Shown here in pieces: positions 28,936-38,754 of a DNA stretch of 64,000 bases. This stretch comes from Candidatus Bathyarchaeota archaeon (lineage in GTDB: Archaea; Thermoproteota; Bathyarchaeia; 40CM-2-53-6; RBG-13-38-9). The notes under the pieces are model-generated. The model did no database searches. It was not told where the DNA came from and saw only the letters and a list, made by a program, of their open reading frames with translations. The DNA lies in assembly GCA_963807605.1 (NCBI GenBank), contig CAWECG010000003.1:608001-672000 (forward strand). Reading direction: 5' to 3'. A program made the translations under genes and the position numbers. Each line of letters starts with the position of its first letter. Positions within the stretch are counted from its first letter, which is position 1.

Positions 28936-30390
28936 ATGATCGACCATCCAAAGATAGGAATCTTCGAAGTATTCTCAAAAGAGGATGTTTACAGGATTCA
29001 CACCGCTACCTTGGAAGTCTTAGAGAGGGTCGGCGTCAGGGTCGAAGAAGAAAATGCTTTGAAACTATTGGAGGAAATAGGATCGGATGTTGACTTTGCG
29101 AAGCAGATTGTGAAGATACCTCAACACATTGTAGAAGAAGCAATCAGACTCTCGTCGAGAACCATATTGTTTGCAGGTAGAGACAAGAAGAAGGACATAA
29201 GATTAGAGGGAAGGAGAGTCAATTTTGGTCTGGGAGAGGGAGCTACTAACTTCCTCGACTCTGAGACTGGTTCGATCAGACCTGCTACAAAGATGGATGC
29301 GGCGAACGCATCAAAACTTGCGGATGCTCTGCCCAACATAGATTTTGTGATGTCACTTTTCACAGCTCAAGATGTTCCCAAATCAGTCTTACCATTGCAT
29401 GATCTTGATGCGGCGTTAAGGAACACAGAGAAGCCGGTGATGGTTGTGGACTTCGGTCTAGATGCCACCTATCTGATACAGATGGCGGCGGCAGTCGTTG
29501 GGGGGGAGGAAAGACTCAAGGAAAGGCCAATACTGGGCATGTATAGTGAGCCTGTCTCGCCCTTAACACACGGAAAGGACCATGTGAGAAACCTCATGAC
29601 TTTTGCAAAGGCCGAGCTGCCCATCGTGTATATTCCATCGCCTGCGTGTTGCTCGACAGCACCCGCAACTGTTGCGGGATCAGTAGTTCAAGCCAATGCT
29701 GAGACTCTGAGCGGAAACGTCATTGCACAGTTCACGAAGAAGGGTGCCAAGTTCGTGTATGGATCGGACACGTCAGTCATGGATCAGAGAACTGGCGTCT
29801 GGTCCTACGGATCACCAGAATGGATGATCACTAACCTTGCTATGGCTCAGCTTGGACGTTATTACAGGCTCCCGATCTGGAGCTCAGGAGGTTGTTCAGA
29901 TTCTAAGATCTTGGATGGGCAAGCCACTTTAGAAGCAGGCTTCAGCCTCTTCTTCGCAGCTGCAAGTGGGGCAAACATGGTACATGACGTTGGGTCCTAT
30001 TTGAACTTCGGTCTTACCGGAAGTCTGGATCTTGTCACAATTTGCGATGAGATCATCTCTATGATCACTTACCTCCTCAGAGGAATTGAGGTTAACGAGG
30101 AGACTCTTGCTGTCGACATCATTAGCAAGGTGGGACCAGGCGGCCATTTTATCACGCAAAAGCACACGTTAGATTTCTTCAAGAAAGAGCATTGGATGCC
30201 TAATCTCTTGGACAGACAGATGAGAAACAATTGGGTTAAGAGCGGTTCAAAAGACCTGGTGCAAAGGGCAAGGGAGAAAACCAGAGATATTCTGTCCAAA
30301 CATCAACCTACTCCCCTTTCAACTGATGTCGAAAGGAATCTTGACGCCGCACTAAAAAAGGCGGAAAAGGAGATCCTAGCACACGGCTGA
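28936..30390 (+). CDS. mttB: MttB-superfamily methyltransferase, non-pyrrolysine
   Basis: IH..TLEVLE.VGV, P.SPL, TAPAT.AG, GGCSDSK..D.Q, VGPGGHF; no in-frame TAG. Confidence 0.92.
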   Translation: MIDHPKIGIFEVFSKEDVYRIHTATLEVLERVGVRVEEENALKLLEEIGSDVDFAKQIVKIPQHIVEEAIRLSSRTILFAGRDKKKDIRLEGRRVNFGLGEGATNFLDSETGSIRPATKMDAANASKLADALPNIDFVMSLFTAQDVPKSVLPLHDLDAALRNTEKPVMVVDFGLDATYLIQMAAAVVGGEERLKERPILGMYSEPVSPLTHGKDHVRNLMTFAKAELPIVYIPSPACCSTAPATVAGSVVQANAETLSGNVIAQFTKKGAKFVYGSDTSVMDQRTGVWSYGSPEWMITNLAMAQLGRYYRLPIWSSGGCSDSKILDGQATLEAGFSLFFAAASGANMVHDVGSYLNFGLTGSLDLVTICDEIISMITYLLRGIEVNEETLAVDIISKVGPGGHFITQKHTLDFFKKEHWMPNLLDRQMRNNWVKSGSKDLVQRAREKTRDILSKHQPTPLSTDVERNLDAALKKAEKEILAHG

Positions 30391-30658
30391 TCAAACCATT
30401 CTGACTCTAGCGCGCGCTCTTGACTATGCCTCCGGAGGACTAGGCCTCGAGGCAGCTAGCAAAAGAGTCACATTTTTTGACACGGATATTCTTCAGAAGA
30501 GTCTACCTAGCTGAACGTCTGCGCCTTTTCATTCTACGGATCGATCTACCCGCGATCCAAGAATCTTTCGATTTTCCGACCCAAGTACTCATTACAGGGA
30601 ACCGCCTTGTTATCGGTCTAAGGTTACAGAAGCTTTTCTCAGCCAGTATCCTTATCCT

Positions 30659-31420
30659 CTAGTGTCTCGCGACAAAAGCAATTGCCCTTACGGGTGAACC
30701 TGAGCCGTGCTTTATGTTCAGGGGGAATGCGAAAAGGTAAGCGCCGTTGGGGGGCAACTGCCTGAGATTCTTCAAACCTTCCAAAATGGGGATTCCATGA
30801 TCACGGAGAAGCACGACGTGGGCGGGTTCAACCTTTCCAAGATTATGTGCATCTAGAAAAGCCGAGATAGAATCCACTGTCGGCGTATCAGTTCCGACCA
30901 TCCTAACCTTTCTCTTTCCTAGATACGCCGCCGCTTCAACGGAGAGACCTGGAAAATCCCTTAGGTATTTGCCTACACTAAACCGATTCTGCCGTTGGCT
31001 TTTGATGGCCCAGTGCTTGTCCCAGCCGTACCTGAGAAGAATAATTTCATCGCGAGAGATGTCACCGTGAGTCTTTTCCCACTTTTTGATCTCTGCGGCT
31101 GAGACTTGTTCGCCCATTTTTTTGGATTCAAGATTAATGACTCGGCAAGGACCATGCCATCTGTCTGGTTCTACGTCATCAAGCCACTTGGCGCCGCCAA
31201 CATGTGAAGGAGCATCTACGTGTGTTGCGTGATGCTCCGGTATCTGCAGGACGTAGGCGTTGTAGCCGTCTCCCATTTTTCTTGACATCCAGACCATATG
31301 GTAGTATGGAAGATAGCATGGGGTTCCCTCCTCAAGGACAAGGGTCAAATCGATTGCCCTGTAATGAGTGAAAATTTCATCAAGCTGCAATATTCGACAT
31401 CTCCAGGGGATTCTTCTCAT
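30659..31420 (-). CDS. Cyclase family protein (kynurenine formamidase-like)
   Basis: EH.ATHVDAPSH, PGLS.EAA.YL, VGTDTP.VD, GSGSPVRA. Confidence 0.88.
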   Translation of the reverse strand: MRRIPWRCRILQLDEIFTHYRAIDLTLVLEEGTPCYLPYYHMVWMSRKMGDGYNAYVLQIPEHHATHVDAPSHVGGAKWLDDVEPDRWHGPCRVINLESKKMGEQVSAAEIKKWEKTHGDISRDEIILLRYGWDKHWAIKSQRQNRFSVGKYLRDFPGLSVEAAAYLGKRKVRMVGTDTPTVDSISAFLDAHNLGKVEPAHVVLLRDHGIPILEGLKNLRQLPPNGAYLFAFPLNIKHGSGSPVRAIAFVARH

Positions 31421-31634
31421 TGTTTCGTCTTAAATTGTTGCGGATCTTAGTTACTCGGATAGGAAGCGTAGTACTTTACGGTGATCCCCGTAATGGCGTT
31501 GGCGATATCCTCTCTGGATCATCCAAATCCCTGCCAGAAAGAGATTTTCCACAGAATGCACAGTCCCACACGAATTAGTTGACAGTTGGCTGACTCAGCC
31601 AAGGATTATATTATTTCACATGGATTGATCCATT

Positions 31635-32198
31635 ATGCTTCCGAAGCTTGACGAGATAGAGAAGCGACGCAAACGTCTTAGTTTGAGCCAGAAGGAGTTG
31701 GCCCGAACGGTTGGGGTCAGCCAATCGATGATCGCAAAGATAGAAACTGGTAGAATAAACCCATCATACATAAAGACGAAGGCCATATTCGATTTACTTG
31801 AGAGTCTTGAGAAGAAGAGAGAGACCAAGGTCGGGGAGATCGTTCAGGGAAAGGTTGTGGGTGTCCAGAAGGATGATCCCGTATCGAAGGCTACAAGAGC
31901 GATGAATGAGACGGGTTACTCTCAGCTTCCAGTCTTCGAGGCCGGCAAGGTTGTAGGGAGCATTACTGAGAAGACAGTTCTTAATCAGATACTTGCAGGA
32001 AAGGATCCGAAGGAGCTCTCAAGGATCTCTGTAGAGTCGATCATGGATGAGGCGTTTCCTACTGTGGATGAAGATGCTCCGGTAACAGTGATCTCTGCGC
32101 TCCTTCAGTACAGCCAAGCTGTTCTCGTCACAAAGAAGGGGCAGATCAAGGGTATCGTTACTAAAGCAGACCTTCTCAAAGTCGTATCGACATACTAA
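31635..32198 (+). CDS. XRE-HTH plus CBS-pair transcriptional regulator
   Basis: SQKELA..VGVSQS.IAKIE.G...PS; GYSQLPV; GIVTKADL. Confidence 0.9.
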   Translation: MLPKLDEIEKRRKRLSLSQKELARTVGVSQSMIAKIETGRINPSYIKTKAIFDLLESLEKKRETKVGEIVQGKVVGVQKDDPVSKATRAMNETGYSQLPVFEAGKVVGSITEKTVLNQILAGKDPKELSRISVESIMDEAFPTVDEDAPVTVISALLQYSQAVLVTKKGQIKGIVTKADLLKVVSTY

Positions 32199-32207
32199 AT
32201 TTCTATA

Positions 32208-33419
32208 CTACTTCTTGCGTGCTGCTGCCACGATACTTATCACGTCTCTGTCCTTGACTACATAGTCGGTTGGCAATCTAAGGCCAGTTCTCGCGTCTAG
32301 GGCATACAACATAGTCTTTGCCAGTTCAGTATGTATCTCCCGAGCGAGATCCTTGACATTAGCGTCGTATGGTATTAGGAGCGCGTCTGGGAGGATCCTT
32401 CCCGAGTGGTCGGATAGTCGCTTGGCGTCTTCGACAGGGTACGCCGTATTCATGCCCAGCAGTTTGAATACGGACATGTTAATCGCAAATTGAACTCCAG
32501 TGTTCACCCATCTGGTCAAAACCCGTTCCTGGACATAGCTTAGTGCCCATCTCTGATCTTCCGTGAGTTTGCTTTCATCCATAACTTGGAACTTCTCCTC
32601 TCCTGGAACGTATCTGATGAATCCTTTCTCCTCAGCCCTTCGCAATGCAAGTTCCGCCTCGCTGCATGCAGGGACGACGAAGGAACCTTTGAATTCCTCT
32701 GTCATGCGTTTATAGTTCTCGCTCGCATTCGCGATGTCCATCTTGTTCGCTATTATGATGGTGGGTTTTGCAATCCTCCTCAGCTCTTGGGCGAAGAGTT
32801 TGACATCCTTTTCAGTCCATCTCTTTGGAGCTTTCTTTTCAAGTCCTGTATTGACAAGGGCGTCGTCGACGTGTTCGGGCTTAACTTTGAGCCCTGCTAT
32901 TGATTGATATATGGACTCCCCGAGAGGTATGCCGGACTCAACCCTCTTCCTGATGCTCTTCAAACTCTTAGCGATAGACTTCACAAACCATGATACGATC
33001 TCTTCCTCAATGTCGTAGACATCCATGACGGGATTCCCGAGACCTGGCCTGGTTAACTTACCTTCAGCATCAACACCACCCGATGCGTCAGTTACATGGA
33101 TGAGCGCGTCTACTTGGGCTGCGACGCTTAGAAAGCGGTTGCCAAGGCCTCGACCTTCCCAAGAGCCTTTTATCAGACCTGGCAAGTCCACCAATTCAAC
33201 AGGTATGAATCGCCACCCTTCGATACAGGCAGAATTTCTCGGCTCATCCTTAACACCCAACTCCTTGCAGACGCAAATTGTTCTCACATAAGCAGTTCCC
33301 ATGTTAGGCTTCTTAGTCGTGAAGGGATATGTGGAGACCTCAGCCGTGAGAAGAGTCGCGGCGTTGAAGAAGGTGGTCTTGCCCGTATTGGTTTTGCCGA
33401 TAATTCCGATTCGAATCAT
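32208..33419 (-). CDS. ychF: YchF/OBG-family GTPase/ATPase with TGS domain
   Basis: GKTNTGKTTFF, YPFTT, DLPGL, GLGN.FL, ANKMD, IHT.LA. Confidence 0.88.
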   Translation of the reverse strand: MIRIGIIGKTNTGKTTFFNAATLLTAEVSTYPFTTKKPNMGTAYVRTICVCKELGVKDEPRNSACIEGWRFIPVELVDLPGLIKGSWEGRGLGNRFLSVAAQVDALIHVTDASGGVDAEGKLTRPGLGNPVMDVYDIEEEIVSWFVKSIAKSLKSIRKRVESGIPLGESIYQSIAGLKVKPEHVDDALVNTGLEKKAPKRWTEKDVKLFAQELRRIAKPTIIIANKMDIANASENYKRMTEEFKGSFVVPACSEAELALRRAEEKGFIRYVPGEEKFQVMDESKLTEDQRWALSYVQERVLTRWVNTGVQFAINMSVFKLLGMNTAYPVEDAKRLSDHSGRILPDALLIPYDANVKDLAREIHTELAKTMLYALDARTGLRLPTDYVVKDRDVISIVAAARKK

Positions 33420-33534
33420 TGGAAACCTATTTCTTATCAAGCCAACCTTCTAATAGGATTATCTTGGCTATTGATGTGGCAGTCTTAACTTAGAGGGTAA
33501 GCGTTTTCACTCAGAGGCTGAAGGTTAGGAGAAT

Positions 33535-34428
33535 TTGTCTGAAGCTCTAGAAAAGTATCTGGAAGCTGGCAAAATCGCGAGGAGGCTAAAGGATGAAGCT
33601 CGAGAGATAGTTGATGTTGGGGTCCCTCTGCTGGAAGTCTGTGAAAGACTTGAGCATCTGACTGTTGAACTTGGTGGCAAGCCAGCCTTTCCCGTCAACA
33701 TAGGTGTGAATGATGTGACTGCACACTATACATCGCCAGCCGGAGATCTCATTGTGGTCCCGGAAGGGTCAATCGTCAAGCTTGATGTGGGGGTCCACTT
33801 GGATGGTTATATTGCAGATACCGCAATAACAGTAGCCTTGAGCCCTGAGCATGAAGAGCTTATACTCTCAGCTCAGGCTGCACTTCAGAAAGCGGTCGAG
33901 ACGATCAAACCCGGCGTCAAGGTCTCGGAGGTCGGGGCCGCTATCGAAAAGACCATCAGCAGATTCGGTCACAAGCCGATAAGGAACCTGATGGGTCACA
34001 GGATTGAGAGGTACAGTCTGCATACAGGTAAGAGTATCCCAAATGTTTCTGGAATCGAGGGAGGCAAGATCGAAGAAGGTGAGATCTATGCTGTGGAGCC
34101 CTTCACAACCCTTCAAGAAGCAGCGGGATTTGTCAGGGACTCGAACGAGACTTTCATCTTTAGGTATAATAGGGAGAAGCGGGTGAAGTCCGTCGATGCT
34201 CGGACTCTTGTGGATCATGTCAAGAAGGAGCATAGGTTCCTTCCATTCGCCTCACGTTGGCTGCGCTCAGAAGTCCATCTTCCATCTTTTGAGACTGCCT
34301 TCCAAGAGTTGGTAGCCTCCAGGTGTATAATCCCGTACAGGGTTCTTGTGGAGGCGAGAGGATTTCCGGTCTCTCAAGCAGAGCATACCGTTATCGTGGA
34401 GAGGGATGGTTGTAGAGTAATAACCTAG
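33535..34428 (+). CDS. map: Methionine aminopeptidase type II
   Basis: AFPVN, AHYT, KLDVGVHLDGYIADTA, NL.GH, LH.G.SIPN, AVEPF, QAEHT. Confidence 0.95.
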   Translation: MSEALEKYLEAGKIARRLKDEAREIVDVGVPLLEVCERLEHLTVELGGKPAFPVNIGVNDVTAHYTSPAGDLIVVPEGSIVKLDVGVHLDGYIADTAITVALSPEHEELILSAQAALQKAVETIKPGVKVSEVGAAIEKTISRFGHKPIRNLMGHRIERYSLHTGKSIPNVSGIEGGKIEEGEIYAVEPFTTLQEAAGFVRDSNETFIFRYNREKRVKSVDARTLVDHVKKEHRFLPFASRWLRSEVHLPSFETAFQELVASRCIIPYRVLVEARGFPVSQAEHTVIVERDGCRVIT

Positions 34429-34434
34429 GCTTGC

Positions 34435-34827
34435 CTATTGTTTTGGTGACTCTGAATAGATCGCGTTAACCAATAGGTCGCTGCTGCACTGTTGGCACGC
34501 CCCAACCTTCTTTTGGACATAGTCTCCAACCTTGAATTCTCTCACCTTCTTGAATCCGCACTTCTCACATAACTCCACAGTGACGGTCTTCAGGTCTTGG
34601 GTCTTGATGATCTGGATCCTCCTTCTCATAGTCGACAGAGAAGAGACTGATAACCCGACTCCGATGAAGCCCAAGACCAAGGTATAGTAGAAGCTCCCAG
34701 TCCGTTCGGCACTGTACTTTGTGATAGAGTCGAGTATGATGTAGGCTGAGTATGCGAAGACAGCGACGCTAAATATGATTGCCAAGTAGAAGTACAGGCC
34801 ACCTCTCTTCTTTTCCGTCTCATTCAC
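34435..34827 (-). CDS. Membrane protein with C-terminal zinc ribbon
   Basis: Two TM helices then C..CG.K..REFK.GDYV...C..C. Confidence 0.75.
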   Translation of the reverse strand: MNETEKKRGGLYFYLAIIFSVAVFAYSAYIILDSITKYSAERTGSFYYTLVLGFIGVGLSVSSLSTMRRRIQIIKTQDLKTVTVELCEKCGFKKVREFKVGDYVQKKVGACQQCSSDLLVNAIYSESPKQ

Positions 34828-35970
34828 CTACTGCCCTATTCCGATAGTATTTCCGATCCCTGCGACTATGATTGTCTCTGCTTCCTTGGTCTGCTCTTGT
34901 ATTAGACTCTTGATCTTTGCTATGACGTTGTCGGCGGCGTCTGTGATCTCTTTCTTCATTGGCATTATTGCCTCTTGAATGCTCTCCTTTACGATGAGCG
35001 CGTAGACTGGGATCTTGTATTTGGAGGCTTCTTCCTCTATCTTAAATCGTTCCGTTCCAATGCCACCAATAGCTGCGCCGATTCCCTCGCTGATTTCTCC
35101 GGTTTTCTCACCCTCAAACTTGAGGGCTGCATCAACCATTACTACCATTGCGATCTTGCCTTCGCGTTCCTGGATCAACTCCCTGATTGCGTCTCCTGGT
35201 TTCCCAACGTTGCCTCCGGGACCTTCAGCCTTGAGGGCGATGACGTGTCTGCCCTCGAGAGTGAGTTCTGATACTACTATGTCCTTCTCGACTTTTCTCT
35301 TTTCTTTGTCCTTCATGAGCTTTGAGGCAACGAGTGCACCTAAGCCGTCGCCTATTGGTTGGCCTTGGGCGAATGCTTTTGTTGCACCGACAAGTGCCTC
35401 AGCCTCCTGCATGATGAGTGGAAGGATCATCTGCAGCTGCAGGATCAGATAGAAGCTTTGGGTCTTCTTTCCCAGCAAATAGAAGTGTCTTACGATGCGG
35501 AATATCGTGTTTAGGGCCAGACTGCCCTCTACGAGATTCTCCAGATTATTTACCTGGGGTTCGTCAGCTTGGGGAGCAAGTCTTTTGATATCATCCTTGA
35601 ACTTGGTATCGCGGACATCCATCAGATGGTCGAGTTTCCACACTATCCCAGCAGGGTCCATGTCTACCGGTGATATGAAGAAGGATTCAAGAAGTGAATT
35701 GATGCGAGACGTTGGATCTTCCTTCGGTTTACCTACCTCGTTGAGAGTCTTGACGGTTAGGGTCTTGGCCTCGTTCTTCATAAACTCAAGTTTCTTCAGG
35801 GCCCCGGTCATATTCCAGATCATTGTCCAGAGCTGAATCTTCTGCCCGAAGAGGATGAAGAGAATGAATGAGAGATACATTAGTGTCGAGACTATTGTAC
35901 TGAGCGAGGAGTTTTCGCCAGTCAACGGTCCAAGCTGGAGAAGGTCAATTGGCAAGAATCTGTGCCTCAA
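34828..35970 (-). CDS. DUF1512 family protein
   Basis: I.PV.MDP.G, PIGDG.G.LVA, KAEGPG..VG.PG, VDAALK.EGE, GIGNT.GI.Q. Confidence 0.87.
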   Translation of the reverse strand: MRHRFLPIDLLQLGPLTGENSSLSTIVSTLMYLSFILFILFGQKIQLWTMIWNMTGALKKLEFMKNEAKTLTVKTLNEVGKPKEDPTSRINSLLESFFISPVDMDPAGIVWKLDHLMDVRDTKFKDDIKRLAPQADEPQVNNLENLVEGSLALNTIFRIVRHFYLLGKKTQSFYLILQLQMILPLIMQEAEALVGATKAFAQGQPIGDGLGALVASKLMKDKEKRKVEKDIVVSELTLEGRHVIALKAEGPGGNVGKPGDAIRELIQEREGKIAMVVMVDAALKFEGEKTGEISEGIGAAIGGIGTERFKIEEEASKYKIPVYALIVKESIQEAIMPMKKEITDAADNVIAKIKSLIQEQTKEAETIIVAGIGNTIGIGQ

Positions 35971-36049
35971 ATATGAGTTGTCGTCTAAAAGGATTTAGAG
36001 GTAGTTATAAACCTTTCACGTAAAAAATCTCATGAAACTCGTGTTAAGA

Positions 36050-36176
36050 GGGGTTGGCAGCGGTCCAGGGTTCGCGTAGGCTCTCGCACAACACTACAGC
36101 CTGGTTCGCCTGGAAGATTCACTTCCGTGATCGGAACGGGTACGGGTCCTAGCTTCCAGCTATGGCCGCCAACCCC
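36050..36176 (-). rRNA. rrf: 5S rRNA, unlinked
   Basis: GGGGTTGGCGGCCATAGC...ACCCGTACCCGTTCCGATCACGGAAGT...GCTGCCAACCCC; helix I and helix II (CTGGAAG/CTTCCAG) pair. Confidence 0.92.
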
Positions 36177-36224
36177 GCCGTTAACACTGATCTTCGAACT
36201 TTTAATGATTTTGTTTGTCTGTTT

Positions 36225-37256
36225 TCAAGTCTGCGAGGTCAGAGTTCTTTGTTTAGAGTCGGAAGATACGCTGTAAGATTTGATCTCTTGTCTGGGTAAT
36301 GTGAAGATGAATGCTGCTCCCTTCCCTAAGCCTTCTGATTCGGCTAATATCTTGCCTCCGTGAGCTTCCACCAAACCTTTGGCCACGCTAAGGCCCAAGC
36401 CTGCACCCTCGATTTGGGTGGGTTTCTCAATAGTTGCGAATGGTTCGAAGACTCTTTCCAAGTTCTCCTTTCTGATCCCCGTCCCTGTGTCTGAGACGAT
36501 GATCTTGACGGTATCCGCATCTTCTTTGACAGTGATCTTAATCGAGCCCTTTTCCGGCGTAAATTTGGATGCGTTGGTAAGAAGGTTAGTTAGCACTTGG
36601 CTGAGTCTGATTGGGTCTGCTTCGATTGGGATGGTTGACTCACAAAGTTCTAGGGAGAAGTTCTGACCTTTTAGATGAAAGAGAGGTTGAATAGCCTGAA
36701 CGCATTGCCTAATGACCTCGGTAAAGTCCACAGGTTTCAGTTTCAACTGCAGCTTTCCGGATCTTAGTCGTTGAAGATCTAGTAGATCGTTTATTAGATA
36801 AAGCACTCTGTCGCAGTTCCGCTTCGCCCCCTCCAAGCAAGACTGAATCCTGACGAGTTCCAACGTTCTGGTCAGGGTGCTTTCGTTTACAATAGTGACT
36901 AGAGCATGATTCACGTAATCGTTAATGAATCTTAAAGGGGTTTGTAGCTCGTTAGTAACGGCCGATATGAGTTGGTCCTTCATTCTCTCCATTTGTTCGT
37001 GTTGGGTGAAAACGGGCTCAATACCTGGCGCGTGAGTATTATTTGCCTGTCTTGGGCGGGTAGGTTTTTCCTCAGCTGTATTCTCATTGCTGTCCTTCCG
37101 GTGTAAAATAAACTCGTTTGATGTAGGCGTGGGTCCTGATACATTTCTTGTGGGAGTTATGGTCGCTTCCAGGTTCTGCCCCCAAGAAAGTTCTGAGGGC
37201 TGACCTTTCAACTCGGCGAGTTTGCCGAGTCTCTGCCACTCACGCATTCGATCCAC
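36225..37256 (-). CDS. Histidine kinase-like protein (HisKA plus HATPase_c) lacking the phospho-His
   Basis: SAVTNELQTPL H-box; QVL.NLL.NA.KFT, DTG.GI, FEPF, GAGLGLS boxes. Confidence 0.85.
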   Translation of the reverse strand: MDRMREWQRLGKLAELKGQPSELSWGQNLEATITPTRNVSGPTPTSNEFILHRKDSNENTAEEKPTRPRQANNTHAPGIEPVFTQHEQMERMKDQLISAVTNELQTPLRFINDYVNHALVTIVNESTLTRTLELVRIQSCLEGAKRNCDRVLYLINDLLDLQRLRSGKLQLKLKPVDFTEVIRQCVQAIQPLFHLKGQNFSLELCESTIPIEADPIRLSQVLTNLLTNASKFTPEKGSIKITVKEDADTVKIIVSDTGTGIRKENLERVFEPFATIEKPTQIEGAGLGLSVAKGLVEAHGGKILAESEGLGKGAAFIFTLPRQEIKSYSVSSDSKQRTLTSQT

Positions 37257-37560
37257 GCAACATCTCCCATCAAGGTTTGCGCAAATTTGGGTTCAATACT
37301 TCTCACAATATGGCGCCAAAGTTATACAAGATGAACTTCTTTCTGATTCAAGCCTGAATTTACCGAATAGTGTGCTCTTGAGAAAGCCTTTGCGTCACCT
37401 AAGTCTCAGCTAAGGAGTAACAAGACACCTGTGATCGGCATTTTTGGCTTTGCAGTCTGCAGATCGTTTCTTTCTTTAGAATACGAAGAGACAAAACTAG
37501 GCAGATGCGACACGCTAAAAGATTGATAACTTACTATTCTTCATTACTTCTCGAAGTTCT

Positions 37561-38520
37561 ATGAACACGATCACTAATCTGTATGGTGTTAAGCAACTAG
37601 CATTGAGACTCCGTAACTGGGGCAGATGGGGATCCGATGATGAGCTTGGAACATTGAACTTTGTTACTGAAGAGAAAATTGTTAGTGCGGCGCGTCTGGT
37701 CAGGAAGGGGAGAGTGTTCTCGTTGAGCATACCCTTTGACAACGCAGGGCCTCAGCGACCATTATTGGGTGAGAGGCGCTTCAATCCGATCCATACAATG
37801 TTGATGACTGGTGCAGATGTGACTGCAGATGCACCAATTCCTTGGCCCTTCTTTCGCGGCGCAGATGACCTTGTCATCTTACCTACCCAAGGCGCGACCC
37901 ACTGGGATGCCCTAAGCCATGTCTTCTACGAAGGAAAGATGTGGAATGGCTACGACTGCAGCTTGGTCACGAGTGCTGGTGCGCGGAAGAACGGCATCGA
38001 GAATTATAAAGACAAAGTCGTAGGTCGCGGAGTTCTTCTAGACATGGCGCGATGCAAGAAAGTCAATTGGCTTGCGCCTGGTTATGAGATAACATCTGAA
38101 GACCTGGACGAGTGCTCCACTTGGGAGAAAGTAAATGTCGAGCGGGGGGATTTCCTCTTGATTCGGACAGGTGGCATGAAACAGGTCAAGGAAAGAGGAG
38201 GGTGGAAGGACTACGCTGGAGGAGATGCGCCTGGATTAGCCATAGAGACTGCGGAGTGGCTTCACCGGCGCGAGGTTGCTGCAGTAGCCACAGATACGTG
38301 GGGCGTCGAGGTCAGACCAAACGCAACCAAAGATTGTATGCAGCCGTGGCATTTGGTTGTACTGCCAAATATGGGTCTCTTGATGGGAGAGATCTTTGAT
38401 CTTGAGGGACTCGCTGAAGATTGTGACGAGGACAAGGTCTACGAATTCATGTTCATAGCTCCTGTAATACCCTTCACGGGAGCTGTGGGATCCCCCACGA
38501 ATCCCTACGCGATAAAATAG
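37561..38520 (+). CDS. Cyclase family metal-dependent hydrolase
   Basis: NWGRWG.DDELGTLN, THWDALSH, VGRGVLLD, GAVGSP.NP.A. Confidence 0.9.
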   Translation: MNTITNLYGVKQLALRLRNWGRWGSDDELGTLNFVTEEKIVSAARLVRKGRVFSLSIPFDNAGPQRPLLGERRFNPIHTMLMTGADVTADAPIPWPFFRGADDLVILPTQGATHWDALSHVFYEGKMWNGYDCSLVTSAGARKNGIENYKDKVVGRGVLLDMARCKKVNWLAPGYEITSEDLDECSTWEKVNVERGDFLLIRTGGMKQVKERGGWKDYAGGDAPGLAIETAEWLHRREVAAVATDTWGVEVRPNATKDCMQPWHLVVLPNMGLLMGEIFDLEGLAEDCDEDKVYEFMFIAPVIPFTGAVGSPTNPYAIK

Positions 38521-38754
38521 GAATCGGCTTAAGATTCTCTACGTTGATTCCGTTACGCGTGTAACTCAAAACATCAGCGAGATCCAGCGAGCCATTATAA
38601 ATGGTTTAGTGGTGATGCACTCATCCGGCGAGCACATACAATAGTATACTGCTCGCTGGGCGAGCAAAGTTGATGATAAAGATTATTTTTCTAGGACTTG
38701 TAATGCTTCCCACAAAAACAATGATATGTGCGTTAATGTGACGGTGTAGATCGT

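Noticed and set aside
28936-30390. Pyrrolysine recoding in MttB
   Set aside because: The ORF is uninterrupted, with Cys at the equivalent position.
38610-38680. Fluoride riboswitch (GGTGATG...TGATGA)
   Set aside because: Lacks the pseudoknot-complementary segments, and no fluoride-related gene follows.
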